Assembly: GCA_964418835.1 (NCBI GenBank)
Contig: CAYQNJ010000001.1
Span: forward strand, 52,630 to 116,629
DNA from: an uncultured Erysipelotrichaceae bacterium
GTDB lineage: Bacteria; Bacillota_I; Bacilli_A; Erysipelotrichales; Erysipelotrichaceae
Direction of reading: 5' to 3'
DNA length: 64,000 nucleotides
Part shown: piece after piece, positions 49,161 to 59,829 of the stretch
Layout of the letters: the number at the start of each line of letters is the position of its first letter
Position numbering within the stretch: the stretch's first letter is position 1
The notes under the pieces: model-generated
What the model saw: the letters and a program-made list of their open reading frames with translations, nothing else
What the model was told of the DNA's origin: nothing
Databases searched by the model: none
Made by a program: the position numbers and the translations under genes

Positions 49161-50798
49161 ATGACAAGTAAACAAAAACAATCTTTAATTGCAGGATCTT
49201 TAACTAGTTCTGCAGGTATATTTCTATCAAAGGCACTTGGGTTATTATATGTAGTGCCTTTTAATGCATTAGCAGGTGGAGAAAGTAATATGTTCTTCTA
49301 TAGTACTGCTTACACATATTATGACTTGTTACTACAAATATGTACTGCTGGACTACCTTTTGCAATTGCTGCAATGGTAGCAAAATATGCTAGTCACAAT
49401 GATTTTAAATCTGTAATGCTTGTAAAGAAGTTATCAATTAGTATATTACTTTTAACTGGATTTGTTGCAGCAGTATTATTTGTTTTAGTTGCATCACCAT
49501 TATCAAAATATATTTTAAGTGTAGATGCAACTTCTAAAGACATACAAACGCTTGTAAATGTATTTAGAATACTTGCTGTCGCAATTATATTTGTACCTTT
49601 TTTAAGTGCATATAGAGGCTTTTATCAAGGTTTAAGAGAGTTTAAAGCTTATGCATTTTCTCAAGTTTTAGAACAATTAACTAGAGTTATTTCATTATTG
49701 GCTCTTGGATACTTTTCAGTAAAAATATTAAATATGGATAATATTTATGCTATATATATGGCTGTTGCATCAACTTCATTAGCTGCTATAGCTGCAATTA
49801 TTTATTATATAAATTTTGATAAACATAATTATGGTGTTATATCTAGAGCAGCTAGAAGACAAGAAACTAGTTCTAAATCACAAAAGGAAATAATCTCTGA
49901 ATTATTAGCGTATGGTTTACCTTATGTTGTTGTTGCTATATTAGGTAATAGTATGAATATTGTTAACAATAATTTCTTTATGGGAGCTATGGCTTCAATT
50001 AATCAAGATTATGAAACAGCAAAAACTTTACTGGGTATTATTCAAGTTAATGCAAATAAATTAACTTCAATTCCTCAAGTATTAGCATTAGGCTTTTCTG
50101 CAGGAATAGTTCCTCACCTAACCGTTGCTTTAGAACAAAAAGATTTTGTAACACTAAGATCTAATGTGTTATCTAGTTTAGATACAGTATTATATATTAG
50201 TTTACCTTTATGTTTTTGTTTGTTGGCTCTAGCTGAACCAATTTATTTTGTAATGTATGGTAAGGGTAATTTAGTACTTGGACAAGATGTTTTAAAGTAT
50301 AGTAGCTTATTAGCACTTACAGGCACTATTTCTCCTATTTGTAGTTCAATGATGATGACTTTAAAATTTAGAAGAAAAAGTATTTTATATTTACTTATTG
50401 GATTTATTGTAAAGATCACTAGTTTCTATCCAATGATTAAAGCATTTGGATATAGTGGTGCTATATTTTCAAGTGTATTAACATCTATAGTAGTAATCTA
50501 TTTAAACTTACAACACATTAGTAATAGATATAAAGTTGAATATGGTAGAACTATAATGAGATTTTTAAAGATGTGTGTAGCATTGATTGCAATGAATGGT
50601 TCATTTGTAATATTAAAGATGATTGGTTTAAATGCAGTAGGTGATAGTAGGGTTGTTGGATTATTAGTTTTAGGAATTTATGGTGTGGTAGGAGCTTTGG
50701 TTTATTACTATGCAACTTCAATGATGAAATTACCACAAAATATTTTAGGTGTTACATTAAGTGATATTATTAAAAAGTTTTTAAAGGTTAAAAAATAA
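49161..50798 (+). CDS. MOP-superfamily polysaccharide/lipid-II flippase (MurJ/SpoVB/YtgP-like)
   Basis: 14-TM protein with MATE/MOP-like topology; in Bacillus ytgP lies next to ytzG (rsuA-like), as here. Confidence 0.7.
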   Translation: MTSKQKQSLIAGSLTSSAGIFLSKALGLLYVVPFNALAGGESNMFFYSTAYTYYDLLLQICTAGLPFAIAAMVAKYASHNDFKSVMLVKKLSISILLLTGFVAAVLFVLVASPLSKYILSVDATSKDIQTLVNVFRILAVAIIFVPFLSAYRGFYQGLREFKAYAFSQVLEQLTRVISLLALGYFSVKILNMDNIYAIYMAVASTSLAAIAAIIYYINFDKHNYGVISRAARRQETSSKSQKEIISELLAYGLPYVVVAILGNSMNIVNNNFFMGAMASINQDYETAKTLLGIIQVNANKLTSIPQVLALGFSAGIVPHLTVALEQKDFVTLRSNVLSSLDTVLYISLPLCFCLLALAEPIYFVMYGKGNLVLGQDVLKYSSLLALTGTISPICSSMMMTLKFRRKSILYLLIGFIVKITSFYPMIKAFGYSGAIFSSVLTSIVVIYLNLQHISNRYKVEYGRTIMRFLKMCVALIAMNGSFVILKMIGLNAVGDSRVVGLLVLGIYGVVGALVYYYATSMMKLPQNILGVTLSDIIKKFLKVKK

Positions 50799-51487
50799 TG
50801 GATAGATTAGATAAAGTTATTTCAAACAAAGGTTTTGGAAGTAGAAAAGAAATAAAAAAAATAATAAAAAAAGGTAATGTAAAGGTTAATGGAGAAACTA
50901 TACAGGAAGATAGTTTTAAAGTTAATTTTGATGATGTTGTTGAAGTGAATGGTAGTGAATTTATTTATAAGGAGTTTGTTTATATAATGTTAAATAAACC
51001 TAATGGAGTTATAAGTGCTACTACAGATTTAAATCATGAAACTGTAATTGATATAATAGATGATAAAACCAAAGGATTATTTCCAGTTGGTAGACTTGAT
51101 ATTGATACGGAGGGGTTTTGTTTAATTAGTAATGATGGAGTAATGGCTCACAAAATTCTTTCTCCTAGAAATCATGTTTCAAAAACTTATCAGGTTTATA
51201 GTGAAAGTAAATTAAGCAATGAAGATATCAAAATAATTAAAGAGGGTATAGTAATAGATAATAATGAAAAGTGCTTACCAGCATTAATTGAAACTTATGA
51301 AGATTATTATGAATTAACAATATTTGAAGGGAAATATCATCAAATTAAAAGGATGTTTGAAACACTAAATAATAAGGTTTTGTATTTAAAAAGAATCAAG
51401 ATTGGTGAATTGAAACTTGATCCTAATTTAGATATTGGTGATTATAGATATCTTAGTGATAAAGAAGTAGAGATGTTATCTAAATAA
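50798..51487 (+). CDS. rRNA pseudouridine synthase, RsuA/RluB family (S4 domain + catalytic domain)
   Basis: N-terminal S4 RNA-binding domain (RLDKVISNKGFGSRKEIKKIIKKGNVKVNG); catalytic Asp in GRLDIDTEG. Confidence 0.85.
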   Translation: MDRLDKVISNKGFGSRKEIKKIIKKGNVKVNGETIQEDSFKVNFDDVVEVNGSEFIYKEFVYIMLNKPNGVISATTDLNHETVIDIIDDKTKGLFPVGRLDIDTEGFCLISNDGVMAHKILSPRNHVSKTYQVYSESKLSNEDIKIIKEGIVIDNNEKCLPALIETYEDYYELTIFEGKYHQIKRMFETLNNKVLYLKRIKIGELKLDPNLDIGDYRYLSDKEVEMLSK

Positions 51488-52385
51488 TTTTAGATATATC
51501 GATTATTTCTTTTTTTAATACTTTTGTGTCTATATATACTTTAAGAATATTTATTACTTGTGTTGTTAAATAAGTTGGAGTTGAAGCACCGCTTGTTACT
51601 GCAATATTATTACAATCATTTAACATTTCCTCATTTAAATCATTTACTGTTTCAATTAAATAAGCTTTTTTAATTCCTGAGTTTAAAGCAATATTTTTTA
51701 ACTGATATGAATTATTAGAATGTTTATCTCCTACAACAATTAAACAATCAACATCTTTTAATGATCTAACAGCTTCTTGTCTAATTCTAGTAGCATTGCA
51801 TATTTCTTCATAAACTTTTGCATCTTTATACTTAATTAAACAGGCTTTTATTAATAGTTCAATATCAAATAAACTCATTGTTGTTTGATTAGTTATCAAT
51901 ACATTTGTTAATTCTGGAAGTTTTTCAATATCATCTATATTAGAAACTAAATGTACTTTATTACTTAAAGAAACTACTCCTTCAGCTTCCGGGTGAGTTT
52001 TTTTACCAATATAAATAACATCACCTGTTTTTACATGTTCTTTTACAATTTTATGTGTTTTTATTACATCTACACAAGTTGCATCAACTACATTTAAACC
52101 TTTTGATTTAGCTTTTTTAATTACATCGTCTCCGACACCATGGGCAGTTATGATAACAATACCATCATTTATTTCATCTAATAGTTCTAATCTAGTTTTA
52201 TTATTGGCATCTAAACATTTAATACCCATATCTTCACAAGCATTTACTACATATTTATTATGAACAATCATACCAAGCATTGTTATATTAGTATTTGGAT
52301 TTTCTTCTTTAGTTTTTTTAGCAATATTAATTGCATTAATAACTCCTTTACAATATCCTCTGGGTGTTACAGCCTTTATATTCAT
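51480..52385 (-). CDS. ispH: 4-hydroxy-3-methylbut-2-enyl diphosphate reductase
   Basis: MNIKAVTPRGYCKGVINAI... LytB/IspH with conserved Cys residues. Confidence 0.9.
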   Translation of the reverse strand: MNIKAVTPRGYCKGVINAINIAKKTKEENPNTNITMLGMIVHNKYVVNACEDMGIKCLDANNKTRLELLDEINDGIVIITAHGVGDDVIKKAKSKGLNVVDATCVDVIKTHKIVKEHVKTGDVIYIGKKTHPEAEGVVSLSNKVHLVSNIDDIEKLPELTNVLITNQTTMSLFDIELLIKACLIKYKDAKVYEEICNATRIRQEAVRSLKDVDCLIVVGDKHSNNSYQLKNIALNSGIKKAYLIETVNDLNEEMLNDCNNIAVTSGASTPTYLTTQVINILKVYIDTKVLKKEIIDISKII

Positions 52386-52445
52386 TTGTAATTTCCTTTC
52401 TTAAACTTTATAAAACTAGTATAATGCAAATGGAAGGATGATTCT

Positions 52446-53810
52446 ATGAAAACGTTTAATGATTACAATTTTAATAAGTATACTAAAGAATTTATTGATA
52501 TAAATAAGTTTAAAACTCCAACACCTATTCAAGAAGCTGTTATTCCTTATGCAATTAAAGGAAGAGATATTATTGCAATATCAGCAACTGGTACAGGTAA
52601 AACACATACTTTTTTAATTCCAATAATGGAAAGAATTAACACAGAAATACAAAATGTCCAAGCTGTAATTACTGCACCAACAAGAGAGCTTGCAATACAA
52701 ATATTTGAATTTGCAAAAGCTATGTCTCAAGCTAATCCTGATATTAATATAAAACTTGTTACAGGTGGAATTAGTAAAGAAAGAATGATAGAGTCTTTAA
52801 AAATACAACCTCATATAGTCATTGGTACTCCTGGACGAATCAAAGATATGTTTTTAAACGAAGCTGTATTAAGAGTTGATACTTGTAAGTATTTTGTACT
52901 TGATGAAGCTGATATGACATTAGAATATGGTTTTTTAGATGATGTAGATGCAATATGTGGAAGAATGTCTGATAGATTACAAATGCTTGCTTTTAGTGCA
53001 ACTATGCCTTTAGCATTAAAGCAATTTTTAAAGAAGTATATGCATAATAGTATGACAATTGATATGCAAGAAGAAAGTAAGTTTAATCCTAAGATTAATC
53101 ATGTTTTAATTGCGTGTAAACATAAATCATATAGTGAAACTATTTTAGATATTATGGATGGGTTTATGCCTTATGTATGTTTAATTATCGCTAATACTAG
53201 GGATGATGCAGGTAAAATAGCTTCAGATTTACGAAGTCATGGTGTTGCTTTATTAGAAATTCATGGTGGATTATCTAGTAGAGAAAGAAAACAAGCAATG
53301 AAAGAGTTAACAAATCTAACTCAAACATATGTAGTAGCAACTGATATTGCTTCAAGAGGATTAGATATTGAAGGAATAACTCATGTAATATCTTGTGGTT
53401 TTCCAAACGATTTAGATTTCTATGTTCATAGAGCTGGTAGAACGGGAAGAAGTGGTAAAGAGGGTACTTGTTTTGCTTTATATCATGAAGATGATGCTAG
53501 ATCAATAAAAGCTTTACAAACAAAGGGTATATCTTTCTCTCATAAATCATATAAAGATGGAAAATGGAAAGAACTTAAACCATTTGGATATAAAAGAAAA
53601 CCTAGAAATGATTTAACAGAAAAAGAAATTGCAAAAACATTAACTAGAAAAAGCGCAAAAGTAAAACCAGGATATAAGAAAAAAAGAAAAAATGAAATTG
53701 AAAAAATAAAAAGAAAAGAAAGAAGAAATTTTATTCAAGCTCAAATAAAGGAACAACAAAAAGAAAAAAACAAACAAAAACAAATATTAAAAAATAGAGG
53801 TGAAATATGA
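52446..53810 (+). CDS. DEAD-box ATP-dependent RNA helicase (CshB-like) with basic C-terminal tail
   Basis: Q-motif, ATGTGKT, DEAD, SAT, HRAGRTGR motifs; Lys/Arg-rich tail; synteny with nfo/ispG as in the B. subtilis yqf region. Confidence 0.85.
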   Translation: MKTFNDYNFNKYTKEFIDINKFKTPTPIQEAVIPYAIKGRDIIAISATGTGKTHTFLIPIMERINTEIQNVQAVITAPTRELAIQIFEFAKAMSQANPDINIKLVTGGISKERMIESLKIQPHIVIGTPGRIKDMFLNEAVLRVDTCKYFVLDEADMTLEYGFLDDVDAICGRMSDRLQMLAFSATMPLALKQFLKKYMHNSMTIDMQEESKFNPKINHVLIACKHKSYSETILDIMDGFMPYVCLIIANTRDDAGKIASDLRSHGVALLEIHGGLSSRERKQAMKELTNLTQTYVVATDIASRGLDIEGITHVISCGFPNDLDFYVHRAGRTGRSGKEGTCFALYHEDDARSIKALQTKGISFSHKSYKDGKWKELKPFGYKRKPRNDLTEKEIAKTLTRKSAKVKPGYKKKRKNEIEKIKRKERRNFIQAQIKEQQKEKNKQKQILKNRGEI

Positions 53811-54652
53811 TTATAGGATCTCATGTAAGTTTAAGTGCACCTGATTACTTATTAGGTGCAGTTAAAGATGCTATTTCTTATGATGCTAATGCATTAATGA
53901 TATATACAGGTGCACCACAAAATACAATAAGAAAGCCTACAAAAGATTTTAAAATAGAAGAAGCTAAAGAATTAATGGATAAATATGGAATTGATATTAA
54001 AAACTTAATTGTTCATGCTCCATACATTATTAATTTAGGTAATAAAGTAAAACCTGAAACTAGAGAAATAGCTTTGATTTTCTTAGAAAAAGAAATTAGA
54101 AGGGTACAAGAAATTGGAGCATATTATTTAGTGTTACATCCAGGATCACATGTTTCTCAAACAGTAGAAGAAGGGATTGAGGCAATAATTGAAGCATTAA
54201 ACCTTATAATAAAAGAAAATGATAATATAATGATTTTACTAGAAACTATGGCAGGAAAAGGTACAGAGATTGGAAGATCTTTTGAAGAAATTAAATATAT
54301 TTTAGATAGAGTTAAATATCCTGAGAAGTTCGGTGTTTGCTTAGATACTTGTCATATTAATGACGCTGGATATGATATTACTAATTTTGAAGGTGTTCTA
54401 GATGAATTTGATAATATTATTGGTTTAGAAAGAATTAAAGTTGTGCATGTAAATGATTCTAAGAATATTAGAGGTGCAAAAAAAGATAGACATGAAAATA
54501 TCGGAAAGGGAACAATAGGCTTTGATATTTTATATAATGTGGTTCATAATCCTAGATTAAAGGATGCTGTAAAAATACTAGAAACTCCTTGGATTGATAA
54601 CAAACCTCCATATAAGGAAGAAATTAAACTATTAAAAAATAAAACTGTGTAA
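53807..54652 (+). CDS. nfo: Endonuclease IV
   Basis: MIIGSHVSLSAP... TIM-barrel AP endonuclease 2 family; conserved His/Asp/Glu metal ligands. Confidence 0.9.
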   Translation: MIIGSHVSLSAPDYLLGAVKDAISYDANALMIYTGAPQNTIRKPTKDFKIEEAKELMDKYGIDIKNLIVHAPYIINLGNKVKPETREIALIFLEKEIRRVQEIGAYYLVLHPGSHVSQTVEEGIEAIIEALNLIIKENDNIMILLETMAGKGTEIGRSFEEIKYILDRVKYPEKFGVCLDTCHINDAGYDITNFEGVLDEFDNIIGLERIKVVHVNDSKNIRGAKKDRHENIGKGTIGFDILYNVVHNPRLKDAVKILETPWIDNKPPYKEEIKLLKNKTV

Positions 54653-54682
54653 CAGGTAATACCTGATTTACACAGTTTTTTC
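54643..54682. terminator. Bidirectional terminator between convergent nfo and ispG
   Basis: ctgtgtaa-caggtaatacctg-ttacacag nested hairpins with T-runs on both sides. Confidence 0.6.
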
Positions 54683-55735
54683 TTCTACTAATTTTAATAT
54701 TTCTTCTTTTAAAGTTACTACTAAGTCCTCCTGTTTAACTGTTTTAACAAGCTGTCCTTTCTTAAATAGTATTGCGGTATCTTTACCTCCAGCTATACCA
54801 ATATCAGCTCTAGAGGCTTCTTGAGGCCCATTTACAGGACATCCCATAATAGCGACTTCAATATCAGAATTTATTTCGTTTAAGAAACTTTCTATTTCTT
54901 TAACTATAGGGATCATATCGTATTGAATTCTTCCACAAGTTGGACATGATATAAGGTTTGGGACATTATCAATCAAATCAAAACAATTCAATAATTGTTT
55001 ACCTATAATCATTTCATCTTCAGGTGGTCCACTTACAGATATTCTGATTGTATCTCCAATTCCTTGATATAACAGTGTACCTAGTGCAGCACTTGATTTA
55101 ATAGCACTAGTATTAAATGTACCTGCTTCAGTAACACCTAAATGTAATGGATAATCAAAGGTTTTACTTGCTAGTTCATAAGCTTGTATTGTCAAGATTA
55201 CACTACTTGATTTAAAAGATAGACATATGTCATAAAACCCAAGATCTTCAAGTATTTTCACATGATTTTTTGCACTTTCTATCATTGCTTCTGCACAAGG
55301 TTCTCCATACTTTACTAATAAATCTTTTTCTAAAGATCCAGAGTTAATACCAATTCTTATTGGTACATTTCTTTCTTTACATTTATTAACTATTGCTTCT
55401 ACATTTTCTTTTTTTCCAATATTACCTGGATTAATTCTAATTTTATCGATTCCATTTTCTAAGCATATTAACGCAAATTTATAGTTGAAATGAATATCAG
55501 CCACAAGTGGAATATTTACTCTTTCTTTAATTTTTGATATTGCTCTAGCATCTTCTTCATCAAGTATTGCAAGTCTAACTAACTGACAACCATTTTTTTC
55601 TAATCGTTTTATTTGTTTTACAGTTTCATCAACATTTTTTGTTTTAGTGTTTGTCATTGATTGTAGTATTACTTTATTTTGATTTCCTATTTGTAAGTTA
55701 CCAACTTGTATTGATTTAGTATTTATTCTTTTCAT
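54668..55735 (-). CDS. ispG: 4-hydroxy-3-methylbut-2-enyl-diphosphate synthase (flavodoxin)
   Basis: GcpE family; [4Fe-4S] cysteines CPTCGR...GCPVNG. Confidence 0.9.
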   Translation of the reverse strand: MKRINTKSIQVGNLQIGNQNKVILQSMTNTKTKNVDETVKQIKRLEKNGCQLVRLAILDEEDARAISKIKERVNIPLVADIHFNYKFALICLENGIDKIRINPGNIGKKENVEAIVNKCKERNVPIRIGINSGSLEKDLLVKYGEPCAEAMIESAKNHVKILEDLGFYDICLSFKSSSVILTIQAYELASKTFDYPLHLGVTEAGTFNTSAIKSSAALGTLLYQGIGDTIRISVSGPPEDEMIIGKQLLNCFDLIDNVPNLISCPTCGRIQYDMIPIVKEIESFLNEINSDIEVAIMGCPVNGPQEASRADIGIAGGKDTAILFKKGQLVKTVKQEDLVVTLKEEILKLVEEKTV

Positions 55736-55866
55736 ATTATCTTCCTCATATATTTATTATATCAATATTTTATTTTTAGTTAATAAATTTACCTTAAAGA
55801 TTAATTAAAGTTGATATTTATACTTAATTTATGCTATACTTCAAATGCATTATTTAGGAGGTTAGT

Positions 55867-56019
55867 ATGGCTAGAGAAAATATCACTTTCAAGTGCGCAG
55901 ACTGTGGTGAAGAAAACTACATTGGTACAAGAAATAAAAAATTACATCCAGAACGTATGGAAATAGTAAAATATTGCCGTGTTTGTAAGAAGAAAACTAC
56001 TCATAAGGAGAAAAAATAA
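55867..56019 (+). CDS. rpmG: 50S ribosomal protein L33
   Basis: 50-aa ORF missing from the ORF track: MARENITFKCADCGEENYIGTRNKKLHPERMEIVKYCRVCKKKTTHKEKK (CxxC...CxxC zinc ribbon); RBS AGGAGG; promoter TTGATA-18-TATACT upstream. Confidence 0.9.
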   Translation: MARENITFKCADCGEENYIGTRNKKLHPERMEIVKYCRVCKKKTTHKEKK

Positions 56020-56045
56020 GCCAAATAAGGCTTTTTTAAATTTAT

Positions 56046-56645
56046 ATGGAAGAAATTATTAAAGTAGTAGTGGGTTTATATGGTACAAATTGTTATATAG
56101 TTAAAGAAAATAATGAAGTTTTAATTATAGATCCAGGAAAGAAAGCAGATAGAATTATTTCTAATATTAATGTAACTGAAAAAGTAGTAGGTATAATTTT
56201 AACTCATGGCCATTTTGATCATATAGGTGCTGTAGATAATTTAGTTGAATATTATAATTGTGATGTGTTTATTAACTTAAAAGATAAAGAACTTCTAAAT
56301 CACAAGATGAATTCTATGGCTGGATATATTGGAAAGGTTAAAAGTGAAGTTAAATCATTACCAGAAGGTAAATTTAATATAGGAACCTTTAATTTAAATA
56401 TTATATATACACCAGGACATACAGAAGGTAGTATTTTAATTGAATATAAAAACCATTTATTTACTGGTGATACTTTATTTAAGAATAGTATAGGTAGAAC
56501 AGACTTATATTCAGGTAATAATTCTAAAATGTTTCAATCAATTAAACTAATAAAACAATTAAATCCAGAATTAATTGTCTATCCAGGTCATGGTGATTCA
56601 TCCATTTTAAAAGATGAATTAATTAATAATCCCTTTTATCTATAA
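56046..56645 (+). CDS. MBL-fold metallo-hydrolase (YqgX-like)
   Basis: THGHFDH motif, GHT, HGD. Confidence 0.8.
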   Translation: MEEIIKVVVGLYGTNCYIVKENNEVLIIDPGKKADRIISNINVTEKVVGIILTHGHFDHIGAVDNLVEYYNCDVFINLKDKELLNHKMNSMAGYIGKVKSEVKSLPEGKFNIGTFNLNIIYTPGHTEGSILIEYKNHLFTGDTLFKNSIGRTDLYSGNNSKMFQSIKLIKQLNPELIVYPGHGDSSILKDELINNPFYL

Positions 56646-56710
56646 ACTGCATATATTGCAGTTTTTTTATTAGGATTTTTAATTTATTAATAAATATATT
56701 AATGAGGTGA

Positions 56711-57688
56711 ATGATGGAAGATAGATTAAGTGAATGTTTAAGATTGGCATTGCATAATAATGTAAGTGATATTCATTTTAGTGTTATAGATAATAATATA
56801 ACTATAGAAATGAGATTGCCAGATAGAATCAGAAAACTAAAACCTCATAAGAATGATTTAAAGTTATTTAGGTATTTACAATATAAATCAAATATAGATA
56901 TAGGCAATAAATTATTACCTCAAACTGGAAGATGTGAAACTGTTGTTGATTCTAAATTAATATCATTAAGGTTTTCTATAATAAATAGTTATAAGATAAC
57001 TAATGGAGTTTTAAGGATATTAAATGCACATAATAAGTTAAATATCGAAGATTTAACTTATGATTTTGAAATTATTAATTATTTAAAAGATATTGGATTA
57101 GGTAGAAGCGGTTTATATATATTTTCTGGTCCTACTGGAAGTGGTAAAACAACAACTCTTTATACAATATTAAATTCTATAGAAAATAAAAAGATATTTA
57201 CTTTGGAAGACCCTATTGAAATATATAGTAATAAATATGTTCAACTACAAATAAATGAACAACAGAATTTAGGTTATTCTCAAGGTATTAAACAGCTTAT
57301 GAGGCATGATCCAGACATTATTATGATAGGTGAAATAAGAGATGAAATTGCGGCTAATATGGCTATTAGAAGCGCTTTAACGGGTCATTTAGTATTAACT
57401 AGTATTCACTCTGGAAATTGTGTTATGGCTATTAATAGATTATTAGAATTAGGAGTAAATAAATTACAGTTATTTGATGTTTTAAAAGGCATAAGTAATC
57501 AAAGACTTTATTCTACTATATCTAATTCTAAAACTGGAGTTTATGAAGTGATGGATAGAAAGGAAGTGATTTATTATCTTCAAAATGAAACTACATCAAA
57601 ATCTTTCAAGTCCCTTGAAGAAAGAATCAGAGAAGCAATCAAAAATAGAATTATTAAAGAAGAAACTGCCAAACAAGATTTATATTAA
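56711..57688 (+). CDS. comGA: Competence pilus assembly ATPase ComGA
   Basis: GspE/PilB-type ATPase, Walker A GPTGSGKTTT, Walker B IIMIGEIRD. Confidence 0.85.
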   Translation: MMEDRLSECLRLALHNNVSDIHFSVIDNNITIEMRLPDRIRKLKPHKNDLKLFRYLQYKSNIDIGNKLLPQTGRCETVVDSKLISLRFSIINSYKITNGVLRILNAHNKLNIEDLTYDFEIINYLKDIGLGRSGLYIFSGPTGSGKTTTLYTILNSIENKKIFTLEDPIEIYSNKYVQLQINEQQNLGYSQGIKQLMRHDPDIIMIGEIRDEIAANMAIRSALTGHLVLTSIHSGNCVMAINRLLELGVNKLQLFDVLKGISNQRLYSTISNSKTGVYEVMDRKEVIYYLQNETTSKSFKSLEERIREAIKNRIIKEETAKQDLY

Positions 57689-57689
57689 T

Positions 57690-58655
57690 ATGCTAGATTG
57701 TGAAGCTATTGTTCAATTAATGAATAATGGTTTTACTTTTATAGATTCATGTAATTTAATTGAAAATAAACAAAATAATAAAGTATTTAATTTTATTAAG
57801 ACTAGATTAAATAAAGGTGAAGATATTACAGACTTATTTATAGAATACTGTCCTAATGAAATTAGAACATATTTTACTAGTTTTATAAAATTTCTACCAT
57901 TTAAAAATTCATTAATGTTATCGATATCTATTTATGAGGAATCTAAAAATCAAAGAAATGTATATTTAAAAAAATTACTTTATCCTATATTAACATTAAT
58001 TACTACAATAATTGGGATATATATTTTTATATTAGTTTGTTTTCCAGTATTAATATCATTGATGAAAGAATTTGATAATAATCTAGATTTCATGTTGAAA
58101 CTACAAAATATTAGCTATTTGTTTATTAATGTATTATTTATTACTATTTTAGTTTTACTATTAATAGTTTTATATTTTATAAAAAAAGATAATCAAATAA
58201 AAGGTTTTAAATTAATTTCCAATTTAAAATTATCAAGGTTTATTAAGGTAATGATAAGTAATGATTTTGCAAGATTTTATCAACAATGTATTTTAATCGG
58301 ATGTTCTACTAAAGAAAGTATAAATATACTAAAAAGTATTAATGAAAAACCCATAATAGTATTTTTATCAAATGAAATAGATAAATCACTTTCTAATGGA
58401 GAAACAATGGAGAAAGCTTTTAAAAATAAATATTTTGAAAAAGGATTATTTAGATTTTTAAACATAGCAATGCATGCGTCTAATATGAATGAAATGTTAA
58501 AGGGTTATATTAAATTAAATGAATTAAAAGTAAATAAATTTTTTAATGTATTTTCATATTCAATTCAATTGTTTACTTATTCATCAATAGCATTAGTTTT
58601 AATATTTGTATATCAAATATTAATGATGCCCTTAACAATAATTTCTAATTTATAG
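57690..58655 (+). CDS. comGB: Competence pilus platform protein ComGB (GspF family)
   Basis: ATG directly after the comGA stop (TAATATG); three-TM GspF-like protein. Confidence 0.8.
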   Translation: MLDCEAIVQLMNNGFTFIDSCNLIENKQNNKVFNFIKTRLNKGEDITDLFIEYCPNEIRTYFTSFIKFLPFKNSLMLSISIYEESKNQRNVYLKKLLYPILTLITTIIGIYIFILVCFPVLISLMKEFDNNLDFMLKLQNISYLFINVLFITILVLLLIVLYFIKKDNQIKGFKLISNLKLSRFIKVMISNDFARFYQQCILIGCSTKESINILKSINEKPIIVFLSNEIDKSLSNGETMEKAFKNKYFEKGLFRFLNIAMHASNMNEMLKGYIKLNELKVNKFFNVFSYSIQLFTYSSIALVLIFVYQILMMPLTIISNL

Positions 58656-58664
58656 GAGGTTAAT

Positions 58665-58958
58665 ATGAAAAAAGGTTTTACATTATTAGAAATGATTATT
58701 GTAGTAAGTGTATTATCAATTCTGTTTCTACTAGCAGTACCAAATATACAAAAAGTTATAAAAATAGTTGATAACAAAGGTTGTGATGCTTTAGTTAAAG
58801 TTGTAGATTCAGCTATACTTCAATACAAATTAGATTATGATGATTACCCAGGTAGTGTATTTGATTTAGTCAATGCAGGTTTGTTAAGTGAAAATCAAAC
58901 ACATTGTTCAAACGGTAAAACTATTGGTATATATGATGGACAAGCACAATCTCAATAA
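58665..58958 (+). CDS. comGC: Major competence pseudopilin ComGC
   Basis: Prepilin signal MKKG|FTLLEMIIVVSVLSIL (class III signal peptide with Glu at +5). Confidence 0.85.
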   Translation: MKKGFTLLEMIIVVSVLSILFLLAVPNIQKVIKIVDNKGCDALVKVVDSAILQYKLDYDDYPGSVFDLVNAGLLSENQTHCSNGKTIGIYDGQAQSQ

Positions 58959-59265
58959 AGGTTTTGTTTTAATTGAATTTATATTTGTTTTAATAATACT
59001 TTCTATATTATTTTATTTTATAAATCCTTTTTTTAAAGAGAAAAACTACGATCATTTTATATTTAATGATTCTTATATTTACATGCAAAGTCTAAGCTTA
59101 GCAAATAAAGAAGATAATATGTTAGATATGAATTTTAATGATATAGATTACTATACAAATATAATATTTAATGAGAAGGGTAATGTTAATCAAGCACAGA
59201 CAATAATAGTTAATAATAAAAAATATACAATAGGATTAGGAGTTGGAAAATTAATTGAAAAGTAA
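58933..59265 (+). CDS. comGD: Minor pseudopilin ComGD
   Basis: NKG|FVLIEFIFVLIILSIL prepilin motif; position. Confidence 0.65.
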   Translation: MMDKHNLNKGFVLIEFIFVLIILSILFYFINPFFKEKNYDHFIFNDSYIYMQSLSLANKEDNMLDMNFNDIDYYTNIIFNEKGNVNQAQTIIVNNKKYTIGLGVGKLIEK

Positions 59266-59476
59266 AGATGGTTTTATTTTAATTGATGCATTATTTTCTA
59301 TATTTATTACATCTATTACTGTTTTAATTATTTTTAATGCATATACTATTTTTATTAATTATAAAAATATAGAAGATAAAAAATTAGAGGAGTATGAATG
59401 GAAAAGAATAATGGTTCTTTCAAAAATAAATACATGTGTAATAGAAAAAGAGGATTTATATTACTTAGAACATTAA
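59255..59476 (+). CDS. comGE: Minor pseudopilin ComGE
   Basis: KDG|FILIDALFSIFITSI prepilin-like N-terminus; position. Confidence 0.6.
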   Translation: MKSKDGFILIDALFSIFITSITVLIIFNAYTIFINYKNIEDKKLEEYEWKRIMVLSKINTCVIEKEDLYYLEH

Positions 59477-59829
59477 TATCACTTGTTATTACATTTACTA
59501 TGATAATTATCTTATTAAATTCATTAAAAGTTTTAAGTAACTATGATAATGAATCCATAAACTTGCAAGAAGAGATTTCTTCAATTCAACTAATTAGACT
59601 TTTATCAATGTCTTATGATCTTAAAGTATCTCATAATGAAATATATTTTAACTTAGAAGAAAATAATTGGAATATTAAATATTTAAATAATAATGTAATA
59701 CTACAACCAGGAACACAGACATATTTCTTTAATGTTGATGATGTTTATTTTAATATAGAATCTAATTTAGTTTATATTAATTATTCAAGAAATGATAAGC
59801 AGTATAAAAGGGTGATAGGATATGTGTAA
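59434..59829 (+). CDS. comGF: Minor pseudopilin ComGF
   Basis: KRG|FILLRTLISLVITFTMIII prepilin-like N-terminus; position. Confidence 0.6.
   Translation: MCNRKRGFILLRTLISLVITFTMIIILLNSLKVLSNYDNESINLQEEISSIQLIRLLSMSYDLKVSHNEIYFNLEENNWNIKYLNNNVILQPGTQTYFFNVDDVYFNIESNLVYINYSRNDKQYKRVIGYV

Noticed and set aside
50551-50736. 61-aa minus-strand ORF inside the flippase gene
   Set aside because: Antisense
58280-58465. 61-aa minus-strand ORF inside comGB
   Set aside because: Antisense
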